Shown piece after piece: positions 38,194 through 48,279 of a DNA stretch of 64,000 nucleotides; within the stretch, counting starts at the first letter, position 1; every line of letters starts with the position of its first letter. Both the position numbers and the translations under genes were made by a program. The notes below the pieces were generated by a model that searched no databases, was not told the origin of the DNA, and saw only the letters and a program-made list of their open reading frames with translations. The DNA is from Bacteroidales bacterium (lineage in GTDB: Bacteria > Bacteroidota > Bacteroidia > Bacteroidales > GCA-2711565), in the NCBI GenBank assembly GCA_963664245.1, contig OY760934.1, positions 165,604 to 229,603 of the forward strand, read 5' to 3'.

Positions 38194-40530
38194 CTATTTA
38201 AACATGTTCCCTAATTTTAGTCCAAAATAGATGGTGCGGGGTGATCCTGGGCCATAAATATAAGCCGGGTCACGTTCGGCACCAGTATCAAAATCGTCCT
38301 GGTAAGAATTAAACAGGTTCTTAACCCCAGCGTAAAGTTTTAAAGAGGTTCCGTTTAATTTGATTGAACGGCTCAATTTAAAACCTAGTTCAAAGAATTC
38401 GTCAGATTCTCTAAGTTCACCGATAGGGTCACCTGTAACAGGATCTATTGCCGCTTCGGTTCCAAAATAAGGAACTTTCATTTTTCCGGTGTAATTTCCG
38501 GTAAGGCTTACTTTCCATTTTTTATTTGGAGTCCATAACATATTTATGTAACCGTAGCTTTCGGGCGAACGGAAGAACTCTTTGGAGTTGAAATCTTGTG
38601 GTTCGTTGTATTTGCTTGATTGGAAGGTGAAACTAGCAATCAGATTAAACTTTTTAGAGGGAATATAAGTTATTTCAGTATTTACTCCCTGAACTGTAGC
38701 TCCTGAAGTTTCGTTATAGCGGGTGTAAATTACATTTCCTTGGGTGTCAGGATCACCATAATGCGTGGCAAAAGGATTGTCTAATTTGGTGTAAAAATAT
38801 TCTGCTAAAAATTCAATATCTCCAATGCTGGTTACCGGATGAAAATCAATAGAACCTAAAAAGCTATGGCTGGTTTCTTGTTCCAAATCGGCATCATTAA
38901 CAATGGTAATCCGGCGTGATTCGGAAGAAGTAATGTGCAGGTCTTCGTCAAAAACCTGTGGTGCCCGATAGCCTTTTGAGTAGCTGGCTCTAAATTGCAA
39001 ATGTTCGGTAGCATCAAAAAGAATGTTAACTCTTGGGCTCAAAACATCACCTTTGGTAGAATCTTCAGTTGCACCGTTTTTAATATTGTAATGATCGTAG
39101 CGTATTCCTAAAGCAAATTTAAAAGCATTTAAACGGTAATCGTATTGGGCATAACCTCCCGAAATATTCATTTTTTGATCGGCAATAATTGTTGTTGGTT
39201 GGTATTCTCCCAGTTCATCGGTGAATCCTAAATTGTCGTCTTCCAGTTTTTCGCCTTTGTGTTCAAGCCCGATTACAAAGTTAGATTTGTCGAATTGAGC
39301 TTTGTAGGTAGCTCCTGAAACGTAAGTAAAACTATTGGTGTGCCCATAATTTTCCAGGCCGCCTGCACCATAGTACGAATCGCGATCAACTTCTTGTGCC
39401 GAGAAAAATACTGAAAGCATGTTTTTTGATTTAAGGAAACGGTCGTAGCTGATAGATCCTGAACGAACCGTATGTTTTAGTGATTCGGCAATTTGTGATT
39501 CGTGTTCCGGGCGATCCAGATTGTCACCCCCACGGCGTTCTTCTTTAATAATGTAAATGTCTGCATTGATTTTGCTTTTAACGTCAACCGAGTGGAAAAA
39601 ACGGGATCCAAAAGTAGTGTTGTTAATCCTTCCAAGTTCTGTAAAGCCATCTCCATTATCATCATAGCCTTGTTTTTTCCGGTGGAAGGCATATAAAGTG
39701 ATTCCTGATTTATGGTCGTCGGATACCAAAGAAACATTTGCTTTGTAGCCCTGATCCAGAGCCGGGCTGTTTGTGCCGACAGAAGCAACGTCGTAACCAA
39801 ATTCGTAGCTGTTTGCAATAGGATCTTTTAATATAACATTTACGGTTCCGGCAATGGCGTTGCTGCCATATATGGCAGATCCCCCGCCGCGTACTACTTC
39901 GATGCGTTCGACCATGTTGTCTGGGATGAATTCCAGCCCGTATACCCCGGCCAATCCGCTAAAAATCGGGCGACTGTTAATTAAGATTTGTGAATAGGGA
40001 CCTTCCATGCCGTTCATCCTAAGCTGGGTGAAACCACAATTCTGGCAATTGTTTTCTACACGTAAACCGGGGCAAAAATTTAAGCCTTCGCAAATGGTGA
40101 TTGATTGTGTTTGTGTAAGAAGTTTTGCTGGTATTGCATTTACAATCACCGGCGATTCTTTCCTGTTCATCTCGTTTCTGTCGCCGGTTACAACAACTTC
40201 TTCCAGACCTAAAATATCTTCTGTTAAATTAAAGTTTACTTCAATTGTTTTTCCTTTTTTTATGGTGATCTTTTTTTCTTCGGGTTTAAATCCTACCACT
40301 TTGGCGACAATAATAAATTCTCCTTCGGGCAGGTTTAGTAAACGATAGTGTCCGGTTTGATCGGTTGAAACACCGATGGTGGTTCCTTTTAAAAACACAC
40401 TCGCAAAAGGGATGTGTTCTGATCCGCTAACAACGTGTCCAAAAATATTGGCGTCTGTTTTTTCTTTTTTTTCTGCAAATAAGCATACAGTAATGCTTAA
40501 TGCAATTAACATTAAACTTAGTTTTTTCAT
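38194..40530 (-). CDS. TonB-dependent receptor with N-terminal CarboxypepD_reg domain
   Basis: 778 aa with a signal peptide. It has a CarboxypepD_reg segment (IFGHVVSGSEHIPFASVFLKGTTIGVSTDQTGHYRL), a plug (ERIEVVRGGGSAIYGSNAIAGTVNV) and a barrel ending in the terminal Phe-type motif GLKLGNMFK. Confidence 0.9.
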   Translation of the reverse strand: MKKLSLMLIALSITVCLFAEKKEKTDANIFGHVVSGSEHIPFASVFLKGTTIGVSTDQTGHYRLLNLPEGEFIIVAKVVGFKPEEKKITIKKGKTIEVNFNLTEDILGLEEVVVTGDRNEMNRKESPVIVNAIPAKLLTQTQSITICEGLNFCPGLRVENNCQNCGFTQLRMNGMEGPYSQILINSRPIFSGLAGVYGLEFIPDNMVERIEVVRGGGSAIYGSNAIAGTVNVILKDPIANSYEFGYDVASVGTNSPALDQGYKANVSLVSDDHKSGITLYAFHRKKQGYDDNGDGFTELGRINNTTFGSRFFHSVDVKSKINADIYIIKEERRGGDNLDRPEHESQIAESLKHTVRSGSISYDRFLKSKNMLSVFFSAQEVDRDSYYGAGGLENYGHTNSFTYVSGATYKAQFDKSNFVIGLEHKGEKLEDDNLGFTDELGEYQPTTIIADQKMNISGGYAQYDYRLNAFKFALGIRYDHYNIKNGATEDSTKGDVLSPRVNILFDATEHLQFRASYSKGYRAPQVFDEDLHITSSESRRITIVNDADLEQETSHSFLGSIDFHPVTSIGDIEFLAEYFYTKLDNPFATHYGDPDTQGNVIYTRYNETSGATVQGVNTEITYIPSKKFNLIASFTFQSSKYNEPQDFNSKEFFRSPESYGYINMLWTPNKKWKVSLTGNYTGKMKVPYFGTEAAIDPVTGDPIGELRESDEFFELGFKLSRSIKLNGTSLKLYAGVKNLFNSYQDDFDTGAERDPAYIYGPGSPRTIYFGLKLGNMFK

Positions 40531-40653
40531 TACTTAAATTATTCGAATTAGTTTGTTATAATTTTTTTTAAGCATCAATACAGGCTGGCACAGTTTAATG
40601 TGTCAGGCAAATGATTTGCTTGGAAATTTTGATAAAAATGATGTAAGGAATGT

Positions 40654-41022
40654 TTAGCAAAGTGGGGGAGAACGACCGCTGGAGTATTTATACAACTCAA
40701 TTAGAATAATGGATTCCGTGAGTTGAGTAGTATGTTTTTGTTTTGCTACTATTTGAAAGAACAGCGCAATACAAAAAAATACAAATATACTTGCCAAGCT
40801 AAGATCGCTAATTAATAAGTATTGTGCCGTTGAGTGTTTGTGTGATGAAAAAGGTATTTGGCTGTTTTCCGAACTTTTATTGTAAGGGTGAGCGTGGGTA
40901 ATTAATGTGCCGTCAAGCAATTGGTGGGTGTGTAAGTAAAGGCTTTGGTTTGCAACAATAAAAACAATCAGGGAGATGAAAATCCCTGACGTAATAAGTT
41001 TATGTGCATTGTTGCGTAACAT
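40654..41022 (-). CDS. Small His-rich membrane protein upstream of the TonB-dependent receptor
   Basis: 122 aa with 2 TM segments flanking LHTHQLLDGTLITHAHPYNKSSENSQIPFSSHKHS (8 His in about 35 aa). It lies 123 nt upstream of the receptor gene. Confidence 0.45.
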   Translation of the reverse strand: MLRNNAHKLITSGIFISLIVFIVANQSLYLHTHQLLDGTLITHAHPYNKSSENSQIPFSSHKHSTAQYLLISDLSLASIFVFFCIALFFQIVAKQKHTTQLTESIILIELYKYSSGRSPPLC

Positions 41023-41096
41023 TGGTGCAAATGTATCTGTTTTTGTTGAAAAAATAACATTAAATAAAGTTAATTCTAAATAAATAGAAATAGTAC

Positions 41097-43520
41097 TTAA
41101 AATATTTTTGGGTATTTGCTAGGGTTGCTTTCGTGCATAATATTATAAACGGTTTCAAAAACATCTTCAGCATTCGGGTTCGAAAAATAATCACCGTCGG
41201 TGCTGTAAGCGGATCGGTGTGCTTTGGCTGAGAGTGTTCTGGGTTCCGAATCAAGATAATAATAACCTTTTTGTTCTTCAATAACTTTTTGCATCATATA
41301 AGCGGTTGCCCCGCCTGGAACATCTTCGTCGAAAAATAAAATGCGGTTGGTCTTTTTCAGAGATTCGCTAATGGTATGATTAATGTCAAAAGGTAAAAGC
41401 GATTGGACGTCAATCAGCTCAACTTCAATATTAAATTCGTTTAATTGCTTAACGGCATCTTCGGCAATACGAACGCAGGCACCATAAGTTACCAGGGTAA
41501 TGTCTTTTCCTTGCTGAAGAATTTCCGGTTTCCCCAGTGGAACCCTGAAATTACCGATGTTTTCCGGTAATTTTTCACGCAAACGGTAAGCGTTTAAGGG
41601 TTCAATAATCAGTGCCGGATCATCGGAAGCCAGCATGGTGTTATAAAAACCTGCAGCCTGGGTCATATTTCTGGGAACCAATACATGTATTCCACGAATA
41701 GAGTTGATAACCATGCTTAAGGGCGAGCCACTGTGCCAAATGCCTTCCAAACGGTGACCACGGGTGCTGATGATTAGAGGTGCTTTTTGTGTTCCTTTGG
41801 TCCTGTATTGCAGGGTTGCGAGGTCGTCGCTCATCACCTGCAAGCCATACAGCAGGTAATCGAAATATTGGATTTCGGCGATGGGACGGAGGCCGCGTAA
41901 TGCCAGGCCAATGCCTTGACCAATAATGGTGGCTTCACGGATTCCTGTATCTGAAATGCGATGCTCACCATATTTTTCCTGCATGCCCTCCATGGTTTGG
42001 TTTACCCCGCCAATTTTTCCAACGTCTTCTCCAAAAGCTAAAGCTTCGGGGTATTTGGCAAAAATCTGGTCAAAGTTTTTTTGCAGAACCTCTCGTCCCG
42101 GAACGGTGGGGGCATCTTCTGAATATTCTGCTTTGATTTCCTCAACGTTCAATGCCGAATATTTTGATTCGCTATATAAGTGGCTGCTGTAGTGTTCTCT
42201 CTCTTGAACCATCTGGTTTTCCATCCATTGGGTGACGTTTTGTTTTAAGGAGTTTTTGGGGTTGCTGCACGAATCACAAATTAAGCGTAATATTTTGCGG
42301 GCCGATGAAATAATATCTTTTCGGATGGGTTCGCCAATTTGGGCCAATTCCTTTTTTATTTGGGCAATTTTTTCGGTTTTTGCACAATTACAGGTAGTAA
42401 TGTCTGTCATGTCCAGAAACTCTTTCCGCTTTTGTTTGATCGGGTTTTGAAAATTTTCCCAGGCAGCTTTCTTTGTTTCTTTTGCTTTTTTAACGGCATC
42501 TTTTTCAATGTTGAGCAATTCTTCTTCGGTCGCAATTTTTTCCGAAAGGATCCATTCCCTCATTTTTTTGATGCCGTCGAGTTCCAGTTCCCATTCCAGT
42601 TGTTCTTTGCTTTTATACCTTTCGTGCGAACCGGAAGTGGAATGCCCTTGAGGCTGTGTCATTTCTGTAATGTGGAACAACACCGGGATATGGTTCTTGC
42701 GGCATTTTTCAATCCCTTCTTTATACATTTCAACCAAAGCAGGGTAATCCCAGCCTTTGGCTTTGTACATCAGGTAGCCTTCGCCGGCTTTGTTTTTTTC
42801 AAACCCTTTGAGAATCTCAGAAATATTTTGCTTAGTTGTTTGGTATTTATTAGGAACCGAAATTCCCCAACCGTCGTCCCAAACAGATACTGCCAAAGGA
42901 ACCTGTAAAACACCTGCCGCATTGATGGTTTCAAAAAAATGTCCTTCGGAAGTACTGGCATCACCAATGGTTGCAAAAGCTACCTCGTTGCCATTGTTTG
43001 AAAAGTTTTTACTGTTTTTGTAATTTTTGAGTTCCCGGTAAATTTTTGATGCCTGGGCCAATCCTAATACTCGTGGCATTTGGCTTGCCGTAGGGGAGGT
43101 GTCGGCTGCCGAATTTTTTAATTTGGTTTGATTCAGCCAGTTTCCGTCTTTGTCAATGGTTCGGGTTGAAAAATGGTTGTTCATTAATCGCCCGGAAGTA
43201 CCTGGGTTAAAATTCGAATCTGTATCCCCGTAGAGCTGTGCAAAAAATTCTTCGTACTTCATCATCCCTGTGGCAAACATAAAGGTTTGATCGCGGTAAT
43301 AACCCGAACGCCAGTCGCCTTCTTTAAAAACTTTTGCCATGGCCAGCTGCGGAATTTCTTTGCCATCTCCGAAAATCCCAAATTTAGCTTTGCCGGTAAG
43401 AACCTCTCTGCGTCCCAATAAACTGAGCTGACGACTAATGTTTGCAATTTGATAATCGTTTAAAATATCTTTCTTGTTAATTTTAAAAGATTTTAGGCTT
43501 GATTGTTCAAATACTTTCAT
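41097..43520 (-). CDS. Fused alpha/beta E1 component of a 2-oxoacid (branched-chain type) dehydrogenase, TPP-dependent
   Basis: 807 aa. The N-terminal half is E1-alpha-like (IGDASTSEGHFFETINAA). The C-terminal half is transketolase-like E1-beta (DTGIREATIIGQGIGLALRGLRPIAEIQYFDY). No E2 or E3 genes are adjacent. Confidence 0.8.
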   Translation of the reverse strand: MKVFEQSSLKSFKINKKDILNDYQIANISRQLSLLGRREVLTGKAKFGIFGDGKEIPQLAMAKVFKEGDWRSGYYRDQTFMFATGMMKYEEFFAQLYGDTDSNFNPGTSGRLMNNHFSTRTIDKDGNWLNQTKLKNSAADTSPTASQMPRVLGLAQASKIYRELKNYKNSKNFSNNGNEVAFATIGDASTSEGHFFETINAAGVLQVPLAVSVWDDGWGISVPNKYQTTKQNISEILKGFEKNKAGEGYLMYKAKGWDYPALVEMYKEGIEKCRKNHIPVLFHITEMTQPQGHSTSGSHERYKSKEQLEWELELDGIKKMREWILSEKIATEEELLNIEKDAVKKAKETKKAAWENFQNPIKQKRKEFLDMTDITTCNCAKTEKIAQIKKELAQIGEPIRKDIISSARKILRLICDSCSNPKNSLKQNVTQWMENQMVQEREHYSSHLYSESKYSALNVEEIKAEYSEDAPTVPGREVLQKNFDQIFAKYPEALAFGEDVGKIGGVNQTMEGMQEKYGEHRISDTGIREATIIGQGIGLALRGLRPIAEIQYFDYLLYGLQVMSDDLATLQYRTKGTQKAPLIISTRGHRLEGIWHSGSPLSMVINSIRGIHVLVPRNMTQAAGFYNTMLASDDPALIIEPLNAYRLREKLPENIGNFRVPLGKPEILQQGKDITLVTYGACVRIAEDAVKQLNEFNIEVELIDVQSLLPFDINHTISESLKKTNRILFFDEDVPGGATAYMMQKVIEEQKGYYYLDSEPRTLSAKAHRSAYSTDGDYFSNPNAEDVFETVYNIMHESNPSKYPKIF

Positions 43521-43707
43521 ACGATAAAGCTAAATTTCACACAAAGTTAATTAAAATTATTCTAAATAAGAAAGGGTGTTCTATTAAATATCCAAAACTT
43601 TAGATGTTTGAGTTCTCGCTTTTCCCTTTTATTAATAAGTTGTTAACAATTATTGACTTATATATTCACAAAACTTTATATTTATAACAACTGAATACAA
43701 ACTATTT

Positions 43708-44502
43708 ATGATTGAACATGATACTAAAACAGCTATTGTTACAGGAGCCTATGGTGCCATAGGTTTTGCTATTGCTAAAGGTTTGGTTTCAAAAGGATTT
43801 GAAGTTATCCTTGCCGGACGGAATGAACGCCGTTTGGAAGAGGCCGTTTCTACCATACAGGTGCTGGTTCCAGATGCACTGGTGTGGTACGAAGTTGTTG
43901 ATTTATCCAGAGAACGTTGCATTAAAGATTTATCCAGTCGTTTTGAAGGTGTGTTGGATGTTATTGTAAATAATGCCGCAACAACTCCCCGCGAAAGATT
44001 GCAAACACCTGAAGGTTTGGAAGTGCAGTTTGCTACGAATGTTATGGGGTATTTTTGGATGATGAAATATATGCACCCGCATATGAAACAATCTGAAGAC
44101 CCCCGGATTGTAAATGTTGCCAGCTACTGGGCCGGCGACCTGGATTTGGACGATTTGCAGTTTAAAAGCCGTCCGTATAATAATGATAAAGTTTACCGTC
44201 AATCGAAACAAGCCGACCGCATGCTGACTATGGCTTTTTCTGAAGTTTTCAAACCTTTAGGAATTTCGGTTAATGCCTGTCATCCGGGCGATGTTAATTC
44301 AAAATTGAGTAATAATTTAGGTTATGGGGGCCATGAGTTGCCGGAAGAAGGTGCTAGGACTCCGGTTTGGCTGGCCTGGAGCGAAAAAGTAAAAGGAGCT
44401 ACCGGTAAATATTTTGATAATGAAAATGAATCGTTTTGCCAGTTTTCTCAAGATAAAGAAGCGATAGAAAAACTCTACCGCTTCTGCGATCACCTATCGT
44501 AA
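43708..44502 (+). CDS. SDR family oxidoreductase
   Basis: 264 aa. It has TGAYGAIG (a TGxxxGxG variant), NNAA and YRQSK catalytic motifs. Confidence 0.85.
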   Translation: MIEHDTKTAIVTGAYGAIGFAIAKGLVSKGFEVILAGRNERRLEEAVSTIQVLVPDALVWYEVVDLSRERCIKDLSSRFEGVLDVIVNNAATTPRERLQTPEGLEVQFATNVMGYFWMMKYMHPHMKQSEDPRIVNVASYWAGDLDLDDLQFKSRPYNNDKVYRQSKQADRMLTMAFSEVFKPLGISVNACHPGDVNSKLSNNLGYGGHELPEEGARTPVWLAWSEKVKGATGKYFDNENESFCQFSQDKEAIEKLYRFCDHLS

Positions 44503-44530
44503 CCGATAGTAAATATGAAAAGGGAAAATG

Positions 44531-46219
44531 TTAATTGAATTTATCAGCCAGGGCTAACATTATCGAACCAAATACACGATTATTTTCGTTTTTTTCAGAA
44601 AGCACTAACTCTTTAGTTGTTACATTGCTTGTTTTGTTCTCATATTCTTCCATTTCTTCCAAACCGTGCTCTGTCATAATAAAGTATTCCTTCGACCAAT
44701 ATTTGTAGGAATAGCCCCTTCTTTTTCGGAGCATGCGGTGCCTGTCGTATTTGGGACTCATTTTTATAATGGTTCCAACAGGGATTTTAAATTCGAGTTC
44801 TACTTCCGGATCGGACCATGATATTTCATTGGGAACCCCGAAGAAAATATCAAAATCAAAAGAGTTTCCGTTTTGTTTAAAATAATAAAGAACCTCCTGC
44901 GTTTTCTGGCGGGCATCAGGCATTGATTTTCCCCTGGCCGAAACATGTTTGATTAGCTCAAATTTATCATCTTTGCTTGGCACTAAATCTAAGCGGGCTT
45001 GGTTAATATAGTAAGCATCTTTTTTGAATATAAACGTTACTTCTTCATCAAATTGAAAATAATTGCTGTAATGTAGCTTCGCTTCCCCATTTAATTTATT
45101 AACGTTAATGTTGATTTTATTTGAGTTTGGTTGTTCAATTTTGAGTTTTGCATAATCTTCTGCTTCGTAACGGAAGTTGCGTGCAATTTTTAGTCCAAGG
45201 AAAATGGTAAAAGCCAATCCAATGAGCCAGAGTACAAACATGGTGCTTCCCAGTTGTCGTATCCTTTCAAAGCCAATAATCATACGTAACCCGTGATAAA
45301 TAAGCATGATGACGGGGATAATAAACAGTAATATCAACCCGACTTTAAATAAGCCCGGATTTCCACTGGCTCCAATTATAATATCCAAAAATTGGGCAAC
45401 GGGAAATATCATGATGTCTTCATTATGAATTGATAACACCCCATCGGCAAAAAAACTTCCAAGAAATCCAATGGTAAAAGCAAAGCCAATTATCAGGAGA
45501 ATAACCCCGAATAAAATAATAAATGCTTTCCCGAAGAAACGTAAAATCCCGGATAATGCGTATCCGATATTGTCGAAAAAGTTTTTAGTATTTGGCTTGT
45601 TCTTTTTGTATGTTTTTTTTGCTTCTTCACCCAAATCACTGACTTTCTCTTTAAGGTTTTCAAATTCTTTTTTTAACGATTTTTCAATGTTTGAGATAGT
45701 TACGCGTTCTCCTTTCATTTCTAAACGTTCGGCCGTTGTTTCTGCTTCGGGAACCGCCAGCCATAATATAAGATAAATGAAAGGTCCCAGGGTTGTGAAA
45801 ATGGAAACGACGAAAATCAAGCGTACCCAAATCGGTTCGATATTAAAGTATGCAGCAATACCACTTGCAACGCCGCCAATTATTTTATCTTCCGGGTCGC
45901 GGTATAAACGTTTTGTTCTTACGTTAGCATAACTGTTGCTTTTTTCGTCCTCATCTTCGTCCGTAAATTCGCTGGGTTCGCCCATGCGCTGTATTACATC
46001 ATTGATGTCTCCAATGACAATGACCTGTTTGTTTTCATTAAGCTTGGATTGCAGGATTTCAGCAATGCGGCTTTCTATATCTGCAATGATTTCGTCCCTG
46101 CCTTCAAGGTTCTCAAAATGGCTCTTTATGCTTACCAGGTAAGCATTTAATTTATTGTACGCATCTTCATCAATGTGAAAAATGATGCCGCTTACATTTA
46201 TGGTGAGTGTTTTTTTCAT
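44531..46219 (-). CDS. PspC domain-containing membrane protein
   Basis: 562 aa. RLYRDPEDKIIGGVASGIAAYFNIEPIWVRLIFVV is the PspC motif. Several TMs and a large C-terminal domain follow. It lies 2 nt downstream of padR. Confidence 0.7.
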   Translation of the reverse strand: MKKTLTINVSGIIFHIDEDAYNKLNAYLVSIKSHFENLEGRDEIIADIESRIAEILQSKLNENKQVIVIGDINDVIQRMGEPSEFTDEDEDEKSNSYANVRTKRLYRDPEDKIIGGVASGIAAYFNIEPIWVRLIFVVSIFTTLGPFIYLILWLAVPEAETTAERLEMKGERVTISNIEKSLKKEFENLKEKVSDLGEEAKKTYKKNKPNTKNFFDNIGYALSGILRFFGKAFIILFGVILLIIGFAFTIGFLGSFFADGVLSIHNEDIMIFPVAQFLDIIIGASGNPGLFKVGLILLFIIPVIMLIYHGLRMIIGFERIRQLGSTMFVLWLIGLAFTIFLGLKIARNFRYEAEDYAKLKIEQPNSNKININVNKLNGEAKLHYSNYFQFDEEVTFIFKKDAYYINQARLDLVPSKDDKFELIKHVSARGKSMPDARQKTQEVLYYFKQNGNSFDFDIFFGVPNEISWSDPEVELEFKIPVGTIIKMSPKYDRHRMLRKRRGYSYKYWSKEYFIMTEHGLEEMEEYENKTSNVTTKELVLSEKNENNRVFGSIMLALADKFN

Positions 46220-46221
46220 CG

Positions 46222-46572
46222 TTATTTGCTTTGTGTTTTGGTTTGATTGTTTTTTGTCAGGTTGGCTACTGCTTTTACTAATTCTTTCCAGCTGATGTCC
46301 AGTTCGTTTAAGACGGTTTTACCGATTTCGGTAATTTCATAGTATTTACGAGGGGGGCCAGATTTTGATTCTTCCCACCTGTAACTCAATAACCCTTCGT
46401 TTTTTAAGCGGGTTAAAAGGGGGTAGAGGGTGCCTTCAACTACGATGAGTTGGGCAGATTTTAAATCCTCCAATATGTCGGAAGCATAAGCTTCTTTACC
46501 GGAAATGATTGATAGAATACATAGCTCCAGTACCCCTTTTTTCATCTGTGCTTTTGTTTTTTCTATATTCAT
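46222..46572 (-). CDS. PadR family transcriptional regulator
   Basis: 116 aa. LELCILSIISGKEAYASDILEDL...GTLYPLLTRLKNEGLLSYRWEES...PRKYYEIT is the canonical PadR winged helix. Confidence 0.85.
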   Translation of the reverse strand: MNIEKTKAQMKKGVLELCILSIISGKEAYASDILEDLKSAQLIVVEGTLYPLLTRLKNEGLLSYRWEESKSGPPRKYYEITEIGKTVLNELDISWKELVKAVANLTKNNQTKTQSK

Positions 46573-46754
46573 GTTACAAACATAATATAAATTTTAGTAC
46601 TATGCAATACAAAGTAGTATTATATTTATAATAATTTGTTAAAGATAATACTGTAAAATTTTTATATCTCTGGTAAAGAGGGTGTAGTGTGATTTGAGAG
46701 TGGTGTAAAAAAGTTAAGTGGGTAATACAGGAGACAATATCCAGTAAAAAGAAA

Positions 46755-48047
46755 TTAATGAATTCTGATTTTGTGCGAGAAAAATGTCAATATAATACCT
46801 CGCGATAACATAAACAGCATGAATGACATCCAAAGGCCGTGGTTTCCCATGGGTTTTCCAATGAGGTAATAAAACGGAAAGAATAAAACAAGGGTTGAGA
46901 TAATCATGGCGTTGCGCAGCGAAGGAGATTCGGTGGCACCGATAAAAATACCATCCCAGATAAATGCTGCAAAAGTTAATAAAGGAATGCTTGCCATCCA
47001 GATTAAATAGGGGATAGCATCGGAAATTACTTTTGGATCATCGGTGATAATATATAAAATATGTTTGCCACTTATATAATATATGAGTGTGAAAATAATG
47101 GCGATGGCAGTCCCCCAATAGAAAAGTTTTTTGATCGTTTGTTTTAATAAGCGACCGTCTTTTGCCCCGATGTATTTCCCAATCAATGCTTCGGCGGCAT
47201 AAGCAAACCCGTCGATCAGGTAAGAGAAAATAAAGAAAAACTGAAGTAAAATGCTGTTTGCTGCCAGTATATTGTCTCCTAAGTTAGCTGATTCGGCGGT
47301 GAAGAACGAAAGCGTTGCAAGCAGCATTAAGGTTCGGATCAAAATATCACGGTTCACCAAAAAGAATCGTTTTAATGCCGTAATCTGCATCATGGCTTTG
47401 TAGGTCCAGAAGCTCAGGTAGGAACGGTATTTTTTTAGGAAGAGAATGATTGCCAAAGCGAGCCCGCAATATTGTGCTAAGAGGGTTCCCCAGGCAACTC
47501 CGTCTGATTTCATGCCTAAACCGTAAATGAAAATCAGGTTGAATAATAAGTTTAGTAAGGTAACAACCAAGGCAATTATCATGGGGTATCTGGCATTTTG
47601 CATGCCTAAGAACCATCCTGTTATGGCAAATAAACTAACGGCTGCCGGGGCTGCAAAAATGCGGATAAAGAAATATTGCCGGGCAAGCATTTCTACCTCG
47701 GCACTGCCTGAGATCAATCCAAATCCGATCCAGGCAATGGGATATTGTAGTAAAAGAACAATAATGCTTCCGGCTAAAGCAGCTGTGAGTGCACGTCCCA
47801 GGGTTAGAATAACTTCCTGTTTGTTTTTTGCCCCGTAAGCCTGGGCTGTAAATCCCGAAGTGCTCATCCGGAGAAAACCGAAGCCAAAATAAATGAAGTT
47901 AAAGATCATGCTTCCCAGGGCCACGGCACCGATGTAAATCCCCGATTCTAAATGTCCCAGTATAGCCAGATCAACCAACCCTAGTAAAGGAATACTAATA
48001 TTGCTGACAATATTGGGAATAGCTATACGGAGGATTTCTTTATTCAC
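46755..48047 (-). CDS. MATE family efflux transporter (DinF-like)
   Basis: 430 aa with about 12 TM. It has the typical MATE N-terminus (ILRIAIPNIVSNISIPLLGLVDLAILGHL). Confidence 0.85.
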   Translation of the reverse strand: MNKEILRIAIPNIVSNISIPLLGLVDLAILGHLESGIYIGAVALGSMIFNFIYFGFGFLRMSTSGFTAQAYGAKNKQEVILTLGRALTAALAGSIIVLLLQYPIAWIGFGLISGSAEVEMLARQYFFIRIFAAPAAVSLFAITGWFLGMQNARYPMIIALVVTLLNLLFNLIFIYGLGMKSDGVAWGTLLAQYCGLALAIILFLKKYRSYLSFWTYKAMMQITALKRFFLVNRDILIRTLMLLATLSFFTAESANLGDNILAANSILLQFFFIFSYLIDGFAYAAEALIGKYIGAKDGRLLKQTIKKLFYWGTAIAIIFTLIYYISGKHILYIITDDPKVISDAIPYLIWMASIPLLTFAAFIWDGIFIGATESPSLRNAMIISTLVLFFPFYYLIGKPMGNHGLWMSFMLFMLSRGIILTFFSHKIRIH

Positions 48048-48105
48048 AAGGATTATTTTTTTGCGAAGGTAATGTTTTTAAGTAGTAAGGAGACTGAAGA
48101 TATTT

Positions 48106-48177
48106 GTCATTTTGAAGAATCCGTAGGATTCATTCAGAATCTCTTTACTTTATTAGACCCTGAAACAAGTTCAGGGT
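48106..48177. repeat. REP-like palindromic intergenic element (two hairpins)
   Basis: Hairpin 1 is GAATCC (48117-48122) / GGATTC (48126-48131). Hairpin 2 is ACCCTGAA (48157-48164) / TTCAGGGT (48170-48177). The word CATTTTGAAGA recurs near 48893. The sequence resembles the short palindromic repeats scattered in many Bacteroidota genomes. Confidence 0.4.
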
Positions 48178-48279
48178 GACATTCTTTTAAAATATCCTGT
48201 CAACCTAAAAAATCTTTATACTTTAATTAAAAAAGGAACCATTGTTGGTTCCCTTAAAATTATTTTACGTTCAAACACC

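Noticed and set aside
40531-40653. Possible riboswitch (e.g. cobalamin) or metal-regulator box in the spacer upstream of the TonB-dependent receptor
   Set aside because: I could not find conserved riboswitch core sequences. The only inverted repeat (around ggctggcaca...tgtgtcaggc) has two mismatches in 10 bp, which is not enough to call.
41060-41281. 73-aa minus-strand ORF overlapping the 3' end of the E1 gene
   Set aside because: It lies in a different frame of the same strand as the strongly supported E1 ORF and has an implausible composition.
42339-42908. 189-aa plus-strand ORF (with others at 41926..42192, 42232..42450 and 42790..43023)
   Set aside because: All lie antisense within the 807-aa E1 gene, which has strong family motifs. 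The antisense translations are Phe-rich and featureless.
46573-46754. PadR operator candidates (palindrome TAGTACTA near 46596; ATGT-N5-ACAT overlapping the start codon)
   Set aside because: These are short A/T-rich palindromes expected by chance in an A/T-rich spacer, and their spacing does not match the ATGT-N8-ACAT PadR consensus.
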